Part shown: positions 48,139 through 58,389 of the stretch, piece after piece
Position numbering within the stretch: position 1 is the first letter of the stretch
Layout: each line of letters starts with the position of its first letter
DNA from: Hyaloraphidium curvatum SAG 235-1
Lineage: Eukaryota; Fungi; Monoblepharomycota
Assembly: GCA_025558095.1 (NCBI GenBank)
Contig: JAIVFI010000004.1
Location: forward strand, 496,001-560,000
DNA: 64,000 nucleotides
Direction of reading: 5' to 3'
The notes under the pieces: model-generated
The model's input: only the letters and a program-made list of their open reading frames with translations
Told to the model about the DNA's origin: nothing
The model's database searches: none
Translations under genes and position numbers: made by a program

Positions 48139-49122
48139 ATGTCGAAGCTCAACCCCGAAGCCCCGGCTTTCGTGCCTTCGTCCTCCAGCGCGGCGCCGGA
48201 GCCTTCCACTGCCTCCCACGCGGGGAGCCCCGCCGATGCGCGCCGCCGGGAAGAATCCATGACCACCAACGAAAGGACCCTCGAATACGTGGAGCTCAAC
48301 TCGTTCGGCCAGCCGGGCGGCTCGCCCCTCCAGCTCCTTCCCTGGTCGACCGTGGAGCGGATGCCCGGGCCAGAGCTCACGACGACGTACGGGTACTGGG
48401 GGCTGGAGACCGGGAAGAAGCGGCAGCGCGACGCGAGGTACAACAAGCTCTGCATGGATGAGCTCGAGTGGCTTTTTACTCTCCCCGACGCCGCCGCGAG
48501 GGAGGCGCTCGATTACGTGGCGGTGCGCGGGTGGACCGGTTCGGCGCAGACGATCGCCGCCACGCTCGGATTGCGCGGCTACAGGTCGCCCAAGACGTTT
48601 CCCGTGGTCGCCGGAACCGGAGGACCGGGGCTGCCCCGCGTCGATCGAAAGCAGGCCGTGTCGATCGAAACCCTCGCGGGGTCGATGGCCGGCATGCAGG
48701 TCACCCCCGTCCGGAACGGCATAGTGCAGGCCAAGCCCAAGCCCTTCCACCACCGCGCCGCGAAGGAGCTTCTGGGTAAGATCAAGGAGCTAGCGGCGTC
48801 CAGGAAGCGGACGCTCGAGGCGTTCGTCTACCTGGGCGTGCCTGCATTGGTCGGTTTCGAGATCGACCGGCGCCGCCGCATCGACATCTGCGAGGAAGGG
48901 GCTCTGGAGATCCTGGGAGCTGCCGCCGCGGCCGGAGGCTCGGTCTGCGTCGTCGACCTTGTGGGCGGGTGTGCGTTCCATGCCGGCTCGCCGGCGACCG
49001 CAGCGGGGATCTACGCCTTCGAGGCGTCGGACGGCACCCTGCTTGCCCTCTCTGCGGAGGACAAGGCCAAGATCTGGAAACAGCTGGACATGGCGTACCA
49101 CACGAGGACGGAAAGCTTGTGA
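48139..49122 (+). CDS. Unknown-family tandem paralogue 2 with an N-terminal PAM2 motif, intronless, 327 aa
   Basis: Starts MSKLNPEAPAFVPS. Shares LE..EL.SFG..G..PL.LL.W, GYWGL...QR.ARY..LC..E..W.F, RTLE..V..GV..L.GF..D, AAGGSVC.V, FHAGSPA.AAG and AYHT with its neighbours. Confidence 0.85.
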   Translation: MSKLNPEAPAFVPSSSSAAPEPSTASHAGSPADARRREESMTTNERTLEYVELNSFGQPGGSPLQLLPWSTVERMPGPELTTTYGYWGLETGKKRQRDARYNKLCMDELEWLFTLPDAAAREALDYVAVRGWTGSAQTIAATLGLRGYRSPKTFPVVAGTGGPGLPRVDRKQAVSIETLAGSMAGMQVTPVRNGIVQAKPKPFHHRAAKELLGKIKELAASRKRTLEAFVYLGVPALVGFEIDRRRRIDICEEGALEILGAAAAAGGSVCVVDLVGGCAFHAGSPATAAGIYAFEASDGTLLALSAEDKAKIWKQLDMAYHTRTESL

Positions 49123-49414
49123 TGCAGACTTTGCGAGTCTTGATGCAAACAGAAATACACCAAATCACGACTAGAGGGGGGTAGGGGAGGTTCGGCATCA
49201 TCCAGGTCCGGTCCAGATCGTCGACCTTACAGTGGATGCTGGCACAAAGCGATTTCGCAGCGATCGATTTGGCAGCGGCCATCTACTGGCAGCAAGTGAT
49301 TGCGGCAGCAATGGACGCGGATGACAACACACAGGAGATTCGAGCATCCACCCCCGGCCAAACCGCTTAGTTTCGCAGCCTGCAGACTTTCATCCTCTCG
49401 AAAACACCTCATCA

Positions 49415-50413
49415 ATGTCGAAGCTCAACCCTGAAGCCCCGGCTTTCGTGCCTTCGTCCTCCAGCGCCGGGCCGGAGCCGTCGTCGGCGTCTGTCTCCCC
49501 CGCGCAAATCACCGCCGATGCGTGCCGCCGCGACGGATCCATCGCCGCCAACCAGCGTCTTCTGGAATACGCGGAGCTGTGCTCCTTCGGCCGGCCGGGC
49601 GGCTCGCCGCTGAAGCTCCTGACCTGGGCCGAGGTGGTTGAGATGGGCGGCCCCGAGCTCACAACCGGCTTCGAGTACTGGGGGCTGGCCGCCGGGAGCA
49701 AGAAGCAGCGCAACGCGAGGTACAGCCGGCTGTGCCTGGACGAGATGGAGTGGATCTTTTCGCTCCCCGAAGCCGCCCTCCGCGAGGCAATCGATTACGT
49801 GGCGGTGCGCGGCTGGGTCCTCTCGGCGCGGTCAATGGCGATGACGCTCGGTCTGCGCGACTACAGGCTGCCCAGGATGTTCCAGGTGGTCTCGGGGTCG
49901 AGCGGGCCGGGGCTGCCGCGCATCGAGTGGATGCCCGCCGGCTCGATCGAGGAGCTGGTGGGCTCGATGGCGGGCTTGCAGATCAACCCGATCCGCGAGG
50001 ACCTCGTGCAAGGGAAACCGAAAGCGTGCCACCGCCGCGCAGCTAAGCAGCTCTTGGACACGGTAGAGAACCTGGCGGCATCGAGGAGAAGGACCCTCGA
50101 GGTCATCATCTTCGTCGGCGTGCACGAGCTGATGGGTTTCGACGTAGACTGGCGACGTCGCCGCTCCTCGAACGAAGCCGAGGTCCTGGATATGCTGGCA
50201 GCGGCCTCAGCTGCTGGGGGCTCGGTCTGCGTCGTCGATCAGGTGCAGGGATGCGCGTTCCACGCCGGGTCGCCCGCCACCGCGGCGGGGATCTTCGCTT
50301 TCGAAGCTTCGAATGGCGCCCTGCTTGCGCTGTCACCCGAGGAGAAGGAAAAGATCTGGAAATTCATGGATTCGGCGTATCATACGCACATTCCTCCTCT
50401 CCCGTTCTCATAG
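49415..50413 (+). CDS. Unknown-family tandem paralogue 3 with an N-terminal PAM2 motif, intronless, 332 aa
   Basis: Same motifs as paralogue 2 and the same upstream sequence CTCGAAAACACCT. Confidence 0.85.
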   Translation: MSKLNPEAPAFVPSSSSAGPEPSSASVSPAQITADACRRDGSIAANQRLLEYAELCSFGRPGGSPLKLLTWAEVVEMGGPELTTGFEYWGLAAGSKKQRNARYSRLCLDEMEWIFSLPEAALREAIDYVAVRGWVLSARSMAMTLGLRDYRLPRMFQVVSGSSGPGLPRIEWMPAGSIEELVGSMAGLQINPIREDLVQGKPKACHRRAAKQLLDTVENLAASRRRTLEVIIFVGVHELMGFDVDWRRRRSSNEAEVLDMLAAASAAGGSVCVVDQVQGCAFHAGSPATAAGIFAFEASNGALLALSPEEKEKIWKFMDSAYHTHIPPLPFS

Positions 50414-50469
50414 CGAAACTCAAGATGGAAACGAATCTTGTCCAGGACACCAATACACCGAATCAGACC

Positions 50470-51500
50470 TTAGTTTGCCAGCAGCTTCGTGTTGAGCTTG
50501 AACATGCGTAGCGCCATAAAATCGCGAACAGAATAGGGAAGGCCGTTGAGGAACCACACAATCCATTGGTTCGTTGCGCCCCAAACATCGCGCGGAGCAG
50601 GTCGGTCGAAAGGCCAGACTTACCGTAAACCAGTCCGTCAGCAGCTTCCAAACACGCAAGCGAGCAAACGACCCACTTTTGTTCACGACGTGGGTGCAGA
50701 ACTGCTCCACGCTCCACCTGTTGGGATCCACGGCGGGCCCATCGGCCCTCAGCGCCGGGAGCCAGGGCCCGTACATGGTGTCCTTCACCCTGTCGCCGTG
50801 GGAACCCGCCTGGTCCCGGTTCTCGCGGAAGTTGGAGGCCACGGCGCCGAATTTGACCAGCGTGACTTCGATTCCGAAGGGGTAGAGCTCGTCGCGCAGG
50901 CCGTCGGTGAAGAATTTGACAGCGGCTTTGGGCCGAGGAGGCGGCGTCAGATCGGCGTGCAGATCCACGGGCGCGACCCACCTTTGCTCGCGCAGTACGG
51001 CGTCTCGAACGGCAGCGCCAGCTCGCCGGCCAACGACCCCATGTTGATGATTCTGCCTTTCCGGGCTTTCATCATGTGCGGCGCGACGGCCTGTGTGACC
51101 CGAAGGAGGCCAAAGACATTCATTTCGAACATTTGCTTCATCTCGTCGATGGAAGACTCCACGATCGGGCCCTTCGACATGCCGCCGCCAGCCTGCGAAT
51201 CGGCAGTGTCAAACCCGGTGTCGAATGTCGGCGAGGTCCCCCACGAACATTGTTGATGAGGCAGTCGATCCTGCCATCATTCGAGATGATCTCGTCCACG
51301 CAGTCCTTGATGCTCTTCTCGTCGTTCACATCGAGCCGCAGCTTCTGGATCGACGCCGGCAGCGACGACATGGTCTCGAGGCGCCTGGTCGTCGCGTAGA
51401 CCTTTGCGCCGCGCTTGTCGAGCTCGATGCATAGGCCGGCGCCGATGCCGCCATCGGAGCAGCCGGTGACGAGGACCACGGGAGGCGAGGGAGAGGCCAT
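50470..51500 (-). CDS. Short-chain dehydrogenase/reductase, Ayr1 (1-acyl-DHAP reductase)-like, multi-exon
   Basis: VVLVTGCSDGGIG, LDV, LINN-AG, FEMNVFG, catalytic YCASK and ELYPFGIEVT. Confidence 0.85.
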
Positions 51501-51810
51501 TTCGTCAGGAGATGGCGTGGGAGACGGGGGAAAAGAGCGAAAGCGGCAGAACGCGTTGGTGCCGTCGTAGCCGCCCGCGATCCCCGCCGCCGCCGCCAAA
51601 ACCCACGCGCATCATGGTGCTATACGGGCTGGTCAACGCAGCAGACGGAGAGAATGTCGAAGCAGCACAAGCTTGTATTTCGAGGATCGTGGGTGACACT
51701 CTTTGCTTCTAACCTGCAGCAACGACGCTTCAGTGCCAGGCACTGGATTGCTGCAGTAGTCCTTACCTCCTCCACGTTTTTTCATGGATCGTCTGTTCCC
51801 GAAGTATCGA

Positions 51811-52122
51811 TCATCCTCCAACCGGGCTCCCGTCCTCGCCCTCCCCGTCCGCGATCGTTCCTTTCACGCCCTCGGCCCCGGCGTCCGTAGCCCGGTAGAC
51901 GGGCGATTCCTTCGCAAACTTGTCGCGCTCGTCGCTTTCCTTGAAACGGTTGCCTTGGCTCGTCGGCACGGCCTCGACGTCCGCCTCCGCGCTTCCCGCG
52001 CCGAGATCGGATTCACCCGGGGCGCCTTCCGGGCCCGATTTGAAGCGCACAGTAACCGAAGTAGCACGGAGAAGGAGGAGTCGCCCGGGCAATGCGCGGT
52101 AAGCGGTGGTCAGGGCGAGCAT
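51811..52122 (-). CDS. Possible small hydrophilic protein with a mitochondrial-presequence-like N-terminus (103 aa)
   Basis: MLALTTAYRALPGRLLLLRATSVTVRFKS followed by an acidic/Gly-rich body. It fills an otherwise empty gap and is divergent from the F-box gene. Confidence 0.4.
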   Translation of the reverse strand: MLALTTAYRALPGRLLLLRATSVTVRFKSGPEGAPGESDLGAGSAEADVEAVPTSQGNRFKESDERDKFAKESPVYRATDAGAEGVKGTIADGEGEDGSPVGG

Positions 52123-52238
52123 GTCGCAAGCTGACGTGGTGTTTGGTTTCGCGTCGTGGAATCGGCTCATCGCTTCGTCCGCTCCTCCCCCAAACGGAGA
52201 GCTTCAACTTCCCCGAGGAGTAGCGCCTTCAGGCTGTC

Positions 52239-53744
52239 ATGGAGGCCAAAGTCGATGGCGGGCCCTTCCCACCGGCGCCGACCGCGATGGACGGAACCCT
52301 TGGCGAATCCGCGGCCGTGTCTCCCTCGGAACCGCGACCGTTTCCAAAGCTCCCGTTTGAGCTCACGGCCCACGTTCTGGGCTTCCTGAAGGATGTCCCC
52401 TATTCGCTCCATGCGTGCATATGTGTTTCCCGGGTCTGGGCGATCGCTGGCACCCCTGTGTTGTGGAGCACTCCGTCGCTCGCCACCTCGCGCTCGGCCC
52501 GCTGCGTGCTCGGTGTCCTTTCTCGGGGAGTGCCGAAGGACTCGATCCACTCGCGTTCCGGCCCGGACCTTTCTTTCCCCTACCACCAGTACGTTCACAC
52601 GCTGGATCTGAGATGGGGCGGGCTGCTCGCGGTCGTGGGCTCGGCGACGGGGCTCCTGGAGTCCGCTCTGCAAGCTTGCGGCCGGAATCTGCGCTCCCTG
52701 CTTCTGGGAATCAACTCGGGCTGGGTGCTTCGCGGCATTTCGCTGCCGACTTTGTGCCCCGGCGTTAACTTCGTCGACCTAAGCAACTTTGATATTGGAC
52801 CTCACGAAGTCAACGAGACCATCTCGGCAAATGCCCGCGGGTTGACACTAATGGACGTGGACATCAACAAACACTTTGCCGTCGACTTTTTCCGGCGCTT
52901 CGATTCGTTGGAGGAGATCGGATACAGCGACGCGTGGGGATCGCGCCTTTTCGAGCCCAAATTCACGGACGAGGAAGTGGACACGATTGCCCGGTCCATG
53001 TCCGGCGCCAAGGTGCTCAGGCTGAGGCTCGGCGGATCCGTGACCAGGCTCCGCGAAGACTCGGCCCTCATGCTCCACGCTGTGGCGAGGATGGCCAACA
53101 ACGTCCGCGAGCTCTATTTGGAAGATACGTTGACGACAAACGACATCATTCTGCTCACGTTCCTGCGCAACAATCCCCGGTTGCGCGCTCTCTCTGTCTC
53201 TTCCGGGCTCCTCACGCGCGCCTCGCTGGACGGCATCGGGAAGCTGGCCCAGAACCTTGTCCGTCTGCGGATTTCACTCCGCACGCCTTGGACCGCGGGC
53301 CAGCTGGCGCATATCCTCCCGCAGCTCCCGAAGCTGCGCCACCTCCACCTGAACGCGAGCACGTCGCCGCCCCAGCCGACCCGCGACCCGGACCTGCTGG
53401 CCGCGGCCCTCATCTCCACGCGATGCCGTCTTTCGACGTTGGAGCTCTTTGAGCCGACGCCGATGTGGCGGGAAATGTGGCAGCCCGTCCTCGCTCGGCA
53501 CGGGCCCACCCTGGACGCCCTCACGATGAACCCGTCGATCGCCCTTTCGATCGACGATCTTGCCTCGATCGTGTCGCTCTGCCCGATGCTGGGCAGATTG
53601 GTTCTGGTTTCCAAGAGCGTGGAAGGAGGTGCAGGGACCCTTGCGAATCCGGAGCTGACGCGGACCGATCTGAACGGGTTCGCTTTTGTGTATGGCGGGC
53701 GGGAACTTCACCGGGTGCGGGACCTGTCGGCAGTCAAGTCTTAG
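52239..53744 (+). CDS. F-box/LRR (RNI-like) protein, intronless
   Basis: F-box LPFELTAHVLGFL...LHACICVSRVW...PVLW, followed by LxxLxL leucine-rich repeats. Confidence 0.85.
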   Translation: MEAKVDGGPFPPAPTAMDGTLGESAAVSPSEPRPFPKLPFELTAHVLGFLKDVPYSLHACICVSRVWAIAGTPVLWSTPSLATSRSARCVLGVLSRGVPKDSIHSRSGPDLSFPYHQYVHTLDLRWGGLLAVVGSATGLLESALQACGRNLRSLLLGINSGWVLRGISLPTLCPGVNFVDLSNFDIGPHEVNETISANARGLTLMDVDINKHFAVDFFRRFDSLEEIGYSDAWGSRLFEPKFTDEEVDTIARSMSGAKVLRLRLGGSVTRLREDSALMLHAVARMANNVRELYLEDTLTTNDIILLTFLRNNPRLRALSVSSGLLTRASLDGIGKLAQNLVRLRISLRTPWTAGQLAHILPQLPKLRHLHLNASTSPPQPTRDPDLLAAALISTRCRLSTLELFEPTPMWREMWQPVLARHGPTLDALTMNPSIALSIDDLASIVSLCPMLGRLVLVSKSVEGGAGTLANPELTRTDLNGFAFVYGGRELHRVRDLSAVKS

Positions 53745-53873
53745 GCGCTTCAGATGTGTTTTCTTGCTTTCTATAGTCGGAAATTGTGCTTCCCGTGGAG
53801 GCGTTGTGATCGTTGCCTCGCCCTCCACGATCAAGGGTCTCCAACAAGTCGCGTAGACCGCCTCCAGAGCGCG

Positions 53874-55621
53874 ATGAAGCCCCGGATCCCGCGGCTATCC
53901 GCGCCTCTACGGTCGCTGGCCCCGCCGGCGGCGCGACCGGGCGGCGCCGGAGCCCAGAAGCGGGCGCTGCACGCGTCGCCCTCCGCCCTCCAATCCCCGC
54001 CCGTTCCCCCCCGGCCCGACCTAACCCCCGAATCCTCGCCGACCATCACGGGCTCCTACGTCGACCGCGCCGACGAGTACTACTCGCGAATGCGCGACAA
54101 TTCCAAATCGCACTTCCCCGGCGCGTCCGGGTCGGCATTCACCCCCGAGCTGCGGTTCCACGACGACCGGAGCGTCATGCCGACGTACCGCGTGCTGGAT
54201 ACCGACGGGCGGGTGGTCGAGGGGGCGGATGATCCGGGGCTGCCGGTGGAGACGATGCTGCGGATGTACAGGAACATGATCGCGCTCAACGTCATGGACA
54301 CGATGTGGGACCGGCTCGGGGGCCCGTCGGAGGCGTGTTCCGGCGACCTTCTCAACTCCGTTCCACAGCATGTACGACGCGCAGCGGCAGGGCCGCATAT
54401 CGTTCTACATGACCAACTACGGCGAGGAGGGGACTCACATGGGCGTGGCCGAGGCTCTCCAACCCCAGGACGTCATCTTCGGGTACGAGGGTTCCCTTCT
54501 GCTGCCGAAATCGGACCTAACGATCACATGGCCGCCAGACAATACCGCGAGGCCGGCGTCCTCCTGCACCGCGGCTTCACGTGGACCGAGTTCATGTCCC
54601 AGCTCTTTGCCAACGACCTGGACGGCGGCAAGGGCCGGCAGATGCCCGTGCACTACGGCTCGCGCCGCCTCAACTTCCAGACCATCTCGTCGCCGCTGTC
54701 GACGCAGCTCCCGCAGGCCGCGGGGGCCGCGTACGCGCTCAAGAGGACGCGGCGGAACGCGGTCGTGTGCGTCTTTTTCGGGGAGGGCGCGGCGAGCGAG
54801 GGGGATTTCCATTCGGCCATGAACATCGCGGCCACCACCGACGCGCCGTGCATCTTTTTCTGGTGGGCTTCCCCGCAGTTCGGTGGCAGTGCCGCCGATG
54901 ACCGTTTTCGCAGCCGGAACAACGGCTTCGCCATCTCCACCCCCGCCAAGGACCAGTACCGCGGCGACGGCATCGCCGCGCGCGCGCACGGGTACGGCAT
55001 CCCCGCGATCCGCGTGGACGGCAACGACGTCCTGGCGGTGCACAACGCCTCGCGCGCGGCGCGGGAGCTGGTCCTGCGCGAGAGCAGGCCGGTGCTGATC
55101 GAGGCCATGACGTACCGGGTGGGGCACCACAGCACGAGCGACGATTCGAGCGCGTACAGGAGCAAGAGGGTGGGTTTCGCCGTGGGGCGGCCTCGGGCAT
55201 TGCCTGACCTTGCCGGGCGTGGCAGGAGGTGGAAGCGTGGAAGCGGTACGACTCGCCCGCGGTGCGGTTCCGGCAGTACCTCGAGCTCGAGCCACGGTCG
55301 GCGTGGAACGAGGGGCTCGAGACCTCGTGGCGGGCCGAGGTGCGCGCCGAGCTGCTCGCGGCCTTCACCGAGGCCGAGAAGAGGCCGAGGCCGCCGATCG
55401 AGTTTTTGTTCGAGGACGTGTTCGACCGCGTCGAGGGGAGGCTGGCGGAGGAGATGAAGGAGAACGCGGACCTGGCCGCGCGGTGAGCTGCATCTCGCAA
55501 AGTTAGGGAACGACCATTGATGTCGCTGCCCACCAGGCACCCGGAGTTCTACAACGTGGCGAAGCACGCCACGAAGGAGGCTGCCATGAAGAGCAGGGCG
55601 GAGCTCGGATACACGAGATGA
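53874..55621 (+). CDS. BCKDHA: Branched-chain 2-oxoacid dehydrogenase E1 alpha subunit, mitochondrial, multi-exon
   Basis: [76 protein letters not shown] and [13 protein letters not shown]. Confidence 0.95.
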
Positions 55622-55730
55622 TTGCTATTTCGATTCCCAAACTGTACGCAGCTAAGCGTCAATGCACGTCATTCTATCCACGCATGAAGACACAACAACT
55701 CCATGAAAGAGAAAAACAAACAAGGGACCC

Positions 55731-56837
55731 TCAAAGCCTTCGCCGCATGCCGGGCGCCGCGTACGGCGAGTACGGCGTGTACGGCCGGCTGCCTGCCCCG
55801 CCCCCGTTGCCCGAGCCGACCTTGCCGCTCACGTCCCACGACAGCGCCGCCCCTCCGACCGCTGCACACACCATCAGCCCCGCGGCTGCCGCGACGAGGA
55901 TCGCGGGGACCACGACCACGGCGAGCACGGCCTTGCCCGCGCCCGCCAGCGGCCTGCCGTCCACGGGCACGGCGCCGGGGGGCACGTCTGCGGGCTGGCC
56001 GAGGACCGAGAGGGATTCGAGCAGGGAGAAAAAGGCGGGGACGATGCGGGAGACGATGCCGAATCCCAGGAGCGAGGCGACCACGAGTGCCGCCGCCACG
56101 GCCAGGTCCGCCCCGCCCTCTTCGCGGCCCGCGGGGTACAGCCTGTGGTACGCGGCGGCACCGGCGGCGCTCGTCGTCGAGCTGACTGCCGTCAAGATAG
56201 CCAGATTGCGCCACCACACCCCCGAGCCAAAGATCGGGTAGAGCAGCGGGCGGGAGGCCGGCACGACGTAGAGCAGGAAGGCGGCCGCGATCGAGCCCGG
56301 GACGATTGTCATGGCGATGCGCTCCGGCAGCGACATTTGGGGCGCCTCGGGGTAGTAGTCGTGGTACGGCGGCGGCGGCGAGCGGGAGGGGTGGCGCGGG
56401 CCGCGGGGGCGGAGGCGTGCGCGGGGCGGCGGGACGACGGAGTAGCCGCGGCGGGGCAGCGCGGCCAGGTCGTTCGAGGAGCCGCTCGAGGCGGCCGAGG
56501 GCGCGCCCGCATCGCTGTCGGAGGCGTCGCCGGCGTGTGCGCCCCCGTCCTCCGCGGGCGCGTCGTCGGCTGGCGGCGACGCGTCGCCCCCCGCTGCCGC
56601 GTCCCCCGGCAGTCCCTTTGCGCGGTCGGCGTGCGCGCGCGACCGCCGTTCGATGACCGGCTGCGACGGCTCGGGCGCAAAGTGGCCGTGGTCGTCCGCG
56701 AGCATGTCCGCAAGCAGCTCGCCCTCGGCGGGCCCGTCCGACGACAACTCCGACGCGAACGACGCGTCCGACTCGCTGGCGCCGTACTCGCCGTCCTCGT
56801 ACTCGCTGCCGGACTCGTCGAACGTCGCGTCCGCCAT
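55731..56837 (-). CDS. Unknown membrane protein: acidic N-terminus followed by ~4-5 TM segments, intronless
   Basis: Long ORF with GC3-biased codons from MADATFDES and several hydrophobic stretches in the C-terminal half. Confidence 0.6.
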   Translation of the reverse strand: MADATFDESGSEYEDGEYGASESDASFASELSSDGPAEGELLADMLADDHGHFAPEPSQPVIERRSRAHADRAKGLPGDAAAGGDASPPADDAPAEDGGAHAGDASDSDAGAPSAASSGSSNDLAALPRRGYSVVPPPRARLRPRGPRHPSRSPPPPYHDYYPEAPQMSLPERIAMTIVPGSIAAAFLLYVVPASRPLLYPIFGSGVWWRNLAILTAVSSTTSAAGAAAYHRLYPAGREEGGADLAVAAALVVASLLGFGIVSRIVPAFFSLLESLSVLGQPADVPPGAVPVDGRPLAGAGKAVLAVVVVPAILVAAAAGLMVCAAVGGAALSWDVSGKVGSGNGGGAGSRPYTPYSPYAAPGMRRRL

Positions 56838-57007
56838 CGCGGGAGGGGGGGGGGAGGGGACGGGGTGATGTGGCGGTGGACAACCATCAACTTGCTCGCC
56901 GAATCTCGTTTCTCGGCAGAAGCATTCGTCGAACGCCAAGGCATGCTACACAATGAAGGAACAGCCCGGCCTGCAATGCGATACAACGAAACCCAGACGC
57001 GGGCGCA

Positions 57008-58338
57008 TCACCTGTTCTCGTCGAGGAACGCCCGCACGTCCTTCCCCCGATCCTCCACAAAGGCCACCAGCTCGTCACCGCCGCGTTGAACCCCTCGGGC
57101 GCATGCGGCTCCAGGATCGCCGCGCGCTTCCTGATCCATCCGGCCACCTCGTCCGGCGCCAGCGGCCCCTCGAACGCCTGCGCGACCATCGCGACGTACC
57201 GCTTCCAGTACACGGGGTCGTCCATGAGGTACCGGATTAGCGGCTGGGCCTCGGGCGCGCTGCGCCGGTCCAGGGGCGTGCTCCCCTTGTGCGCGGTGGC
57301 GAAAGTGAGGTTCTTGTCGAACGGGATGAAGGTGATCTTCCCCGTCGCGGGGTCGTGAAGAAGTTGTGGATCGCCTTGTCGCCCACGAAGCAGTCGAAAT
57401 CCGCAATCGTCGAAGCCAGGCCGAGGTACCGCAACATGCCGTCCACGTCAAACACCGCCTCTAACCCCGCCCTCCACTTCGCCGGGTCTGCCTTGCGCGC
57501 CGGATCGTGCAGCGAGTCGTACAGCCGCTCCACATCGGACCAATCCCCCGCCTCCTTGTTGCTCTCCTTCTCCCAGTGATTTCCGATGAGTTCCCGCTTC
57601 CCCGCGCCCAGCGTCGCCCCTGCATTCTCGGGCTTGTACACGTTGCCCCCCTCCGCCCCGAAGGGCGCCGCGGGGAACACGTCCGCGGCGTGCTCCACCG
57701 CCGTGTACAGGCCCAGCTCCGGCCTCTCCCCGGCCACGTCCAGTGTCACCCTGTACGCCGCCGTGTGCAGCGCCGGGAGCCCGACCGCGCGGAACAGCTC
57801 GTACGCGAGGGTATCCCGCATCCCCGACGGGTCGTTGAAGTTGTTCGCGAACCCGATCTCGCGGAATCCGTGGAACCGCTGCCCCTTGGTCTCGGGATGG
57901 CGGTCCTCGAGCCCGTCGAACTTCAGCTTGAAGGGCAGCGAAAGCGACCCCAGCACGCGCGGTCCCATGCTCGAGACGCCCTTGTACTTGACGGCGACGT
58001 TCTTCCACGACCTGCCGCCGCACACGACGTCAACCGGGAACCAACCCGGCCCCGGCGCCTCCCCCGGAGCCGCCGGCACCGGCACGGGCCCCAGCCCCCT
58101 CGCCTCCCTCTCCGCCGCCTTCCTGCTCGCCGCCTCGAGCGTCGCGTCCTGCGGCGGCGACCGCTCCGTCAGCCCCACGAGCACCTTCGCCAGGTTGGCG
58201 TCGGCCGCCGCAAAGTGCTCGTCCAGGTTGTCCTGCATCGCGCGCCAGTCCCCGGCCGAGAAAGACAGCGCGAGCGCCGGGACGGCGTCCAAAGGGAAGG
58301 CGGCCGCGGAAGTCGGCGGGTTGCTCCGGCGGCGCCAT
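57008..58338 (-). pseudogene. cotH: CotH kinase-family gene, intronless, bacterial-like, with three frameshifts (~58310, ~57355, ~57078)
   Basis: VAVKYKGVSS, SLPFKLKFD, FHGFREIGFANNFNDPSGMRDTLAYELFRAVGLPA, LGLYTAVE, GNVYKPE, FDVDGMLRYL, HNF/HDPATGKITFIPFDKN and PLIRYLMDDP, read across frame changes. Confidence 0.85.
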
Positions 58339-58389
58339 CGCGAGGGATGCGACGAGGCTTCGAATGTTCACAACAAGACAGGAAGGCCA

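Noticed and set aside
6178-55621. MMAB + acyl-CoA carboxylase + BCKDHA as a branched-chain catabolism gene cluster
   Set aside because: They are spread over 50 kb with many unrelated genes between them, and the carboxylase looks peroxisomal and is not a PCC/MCC type.
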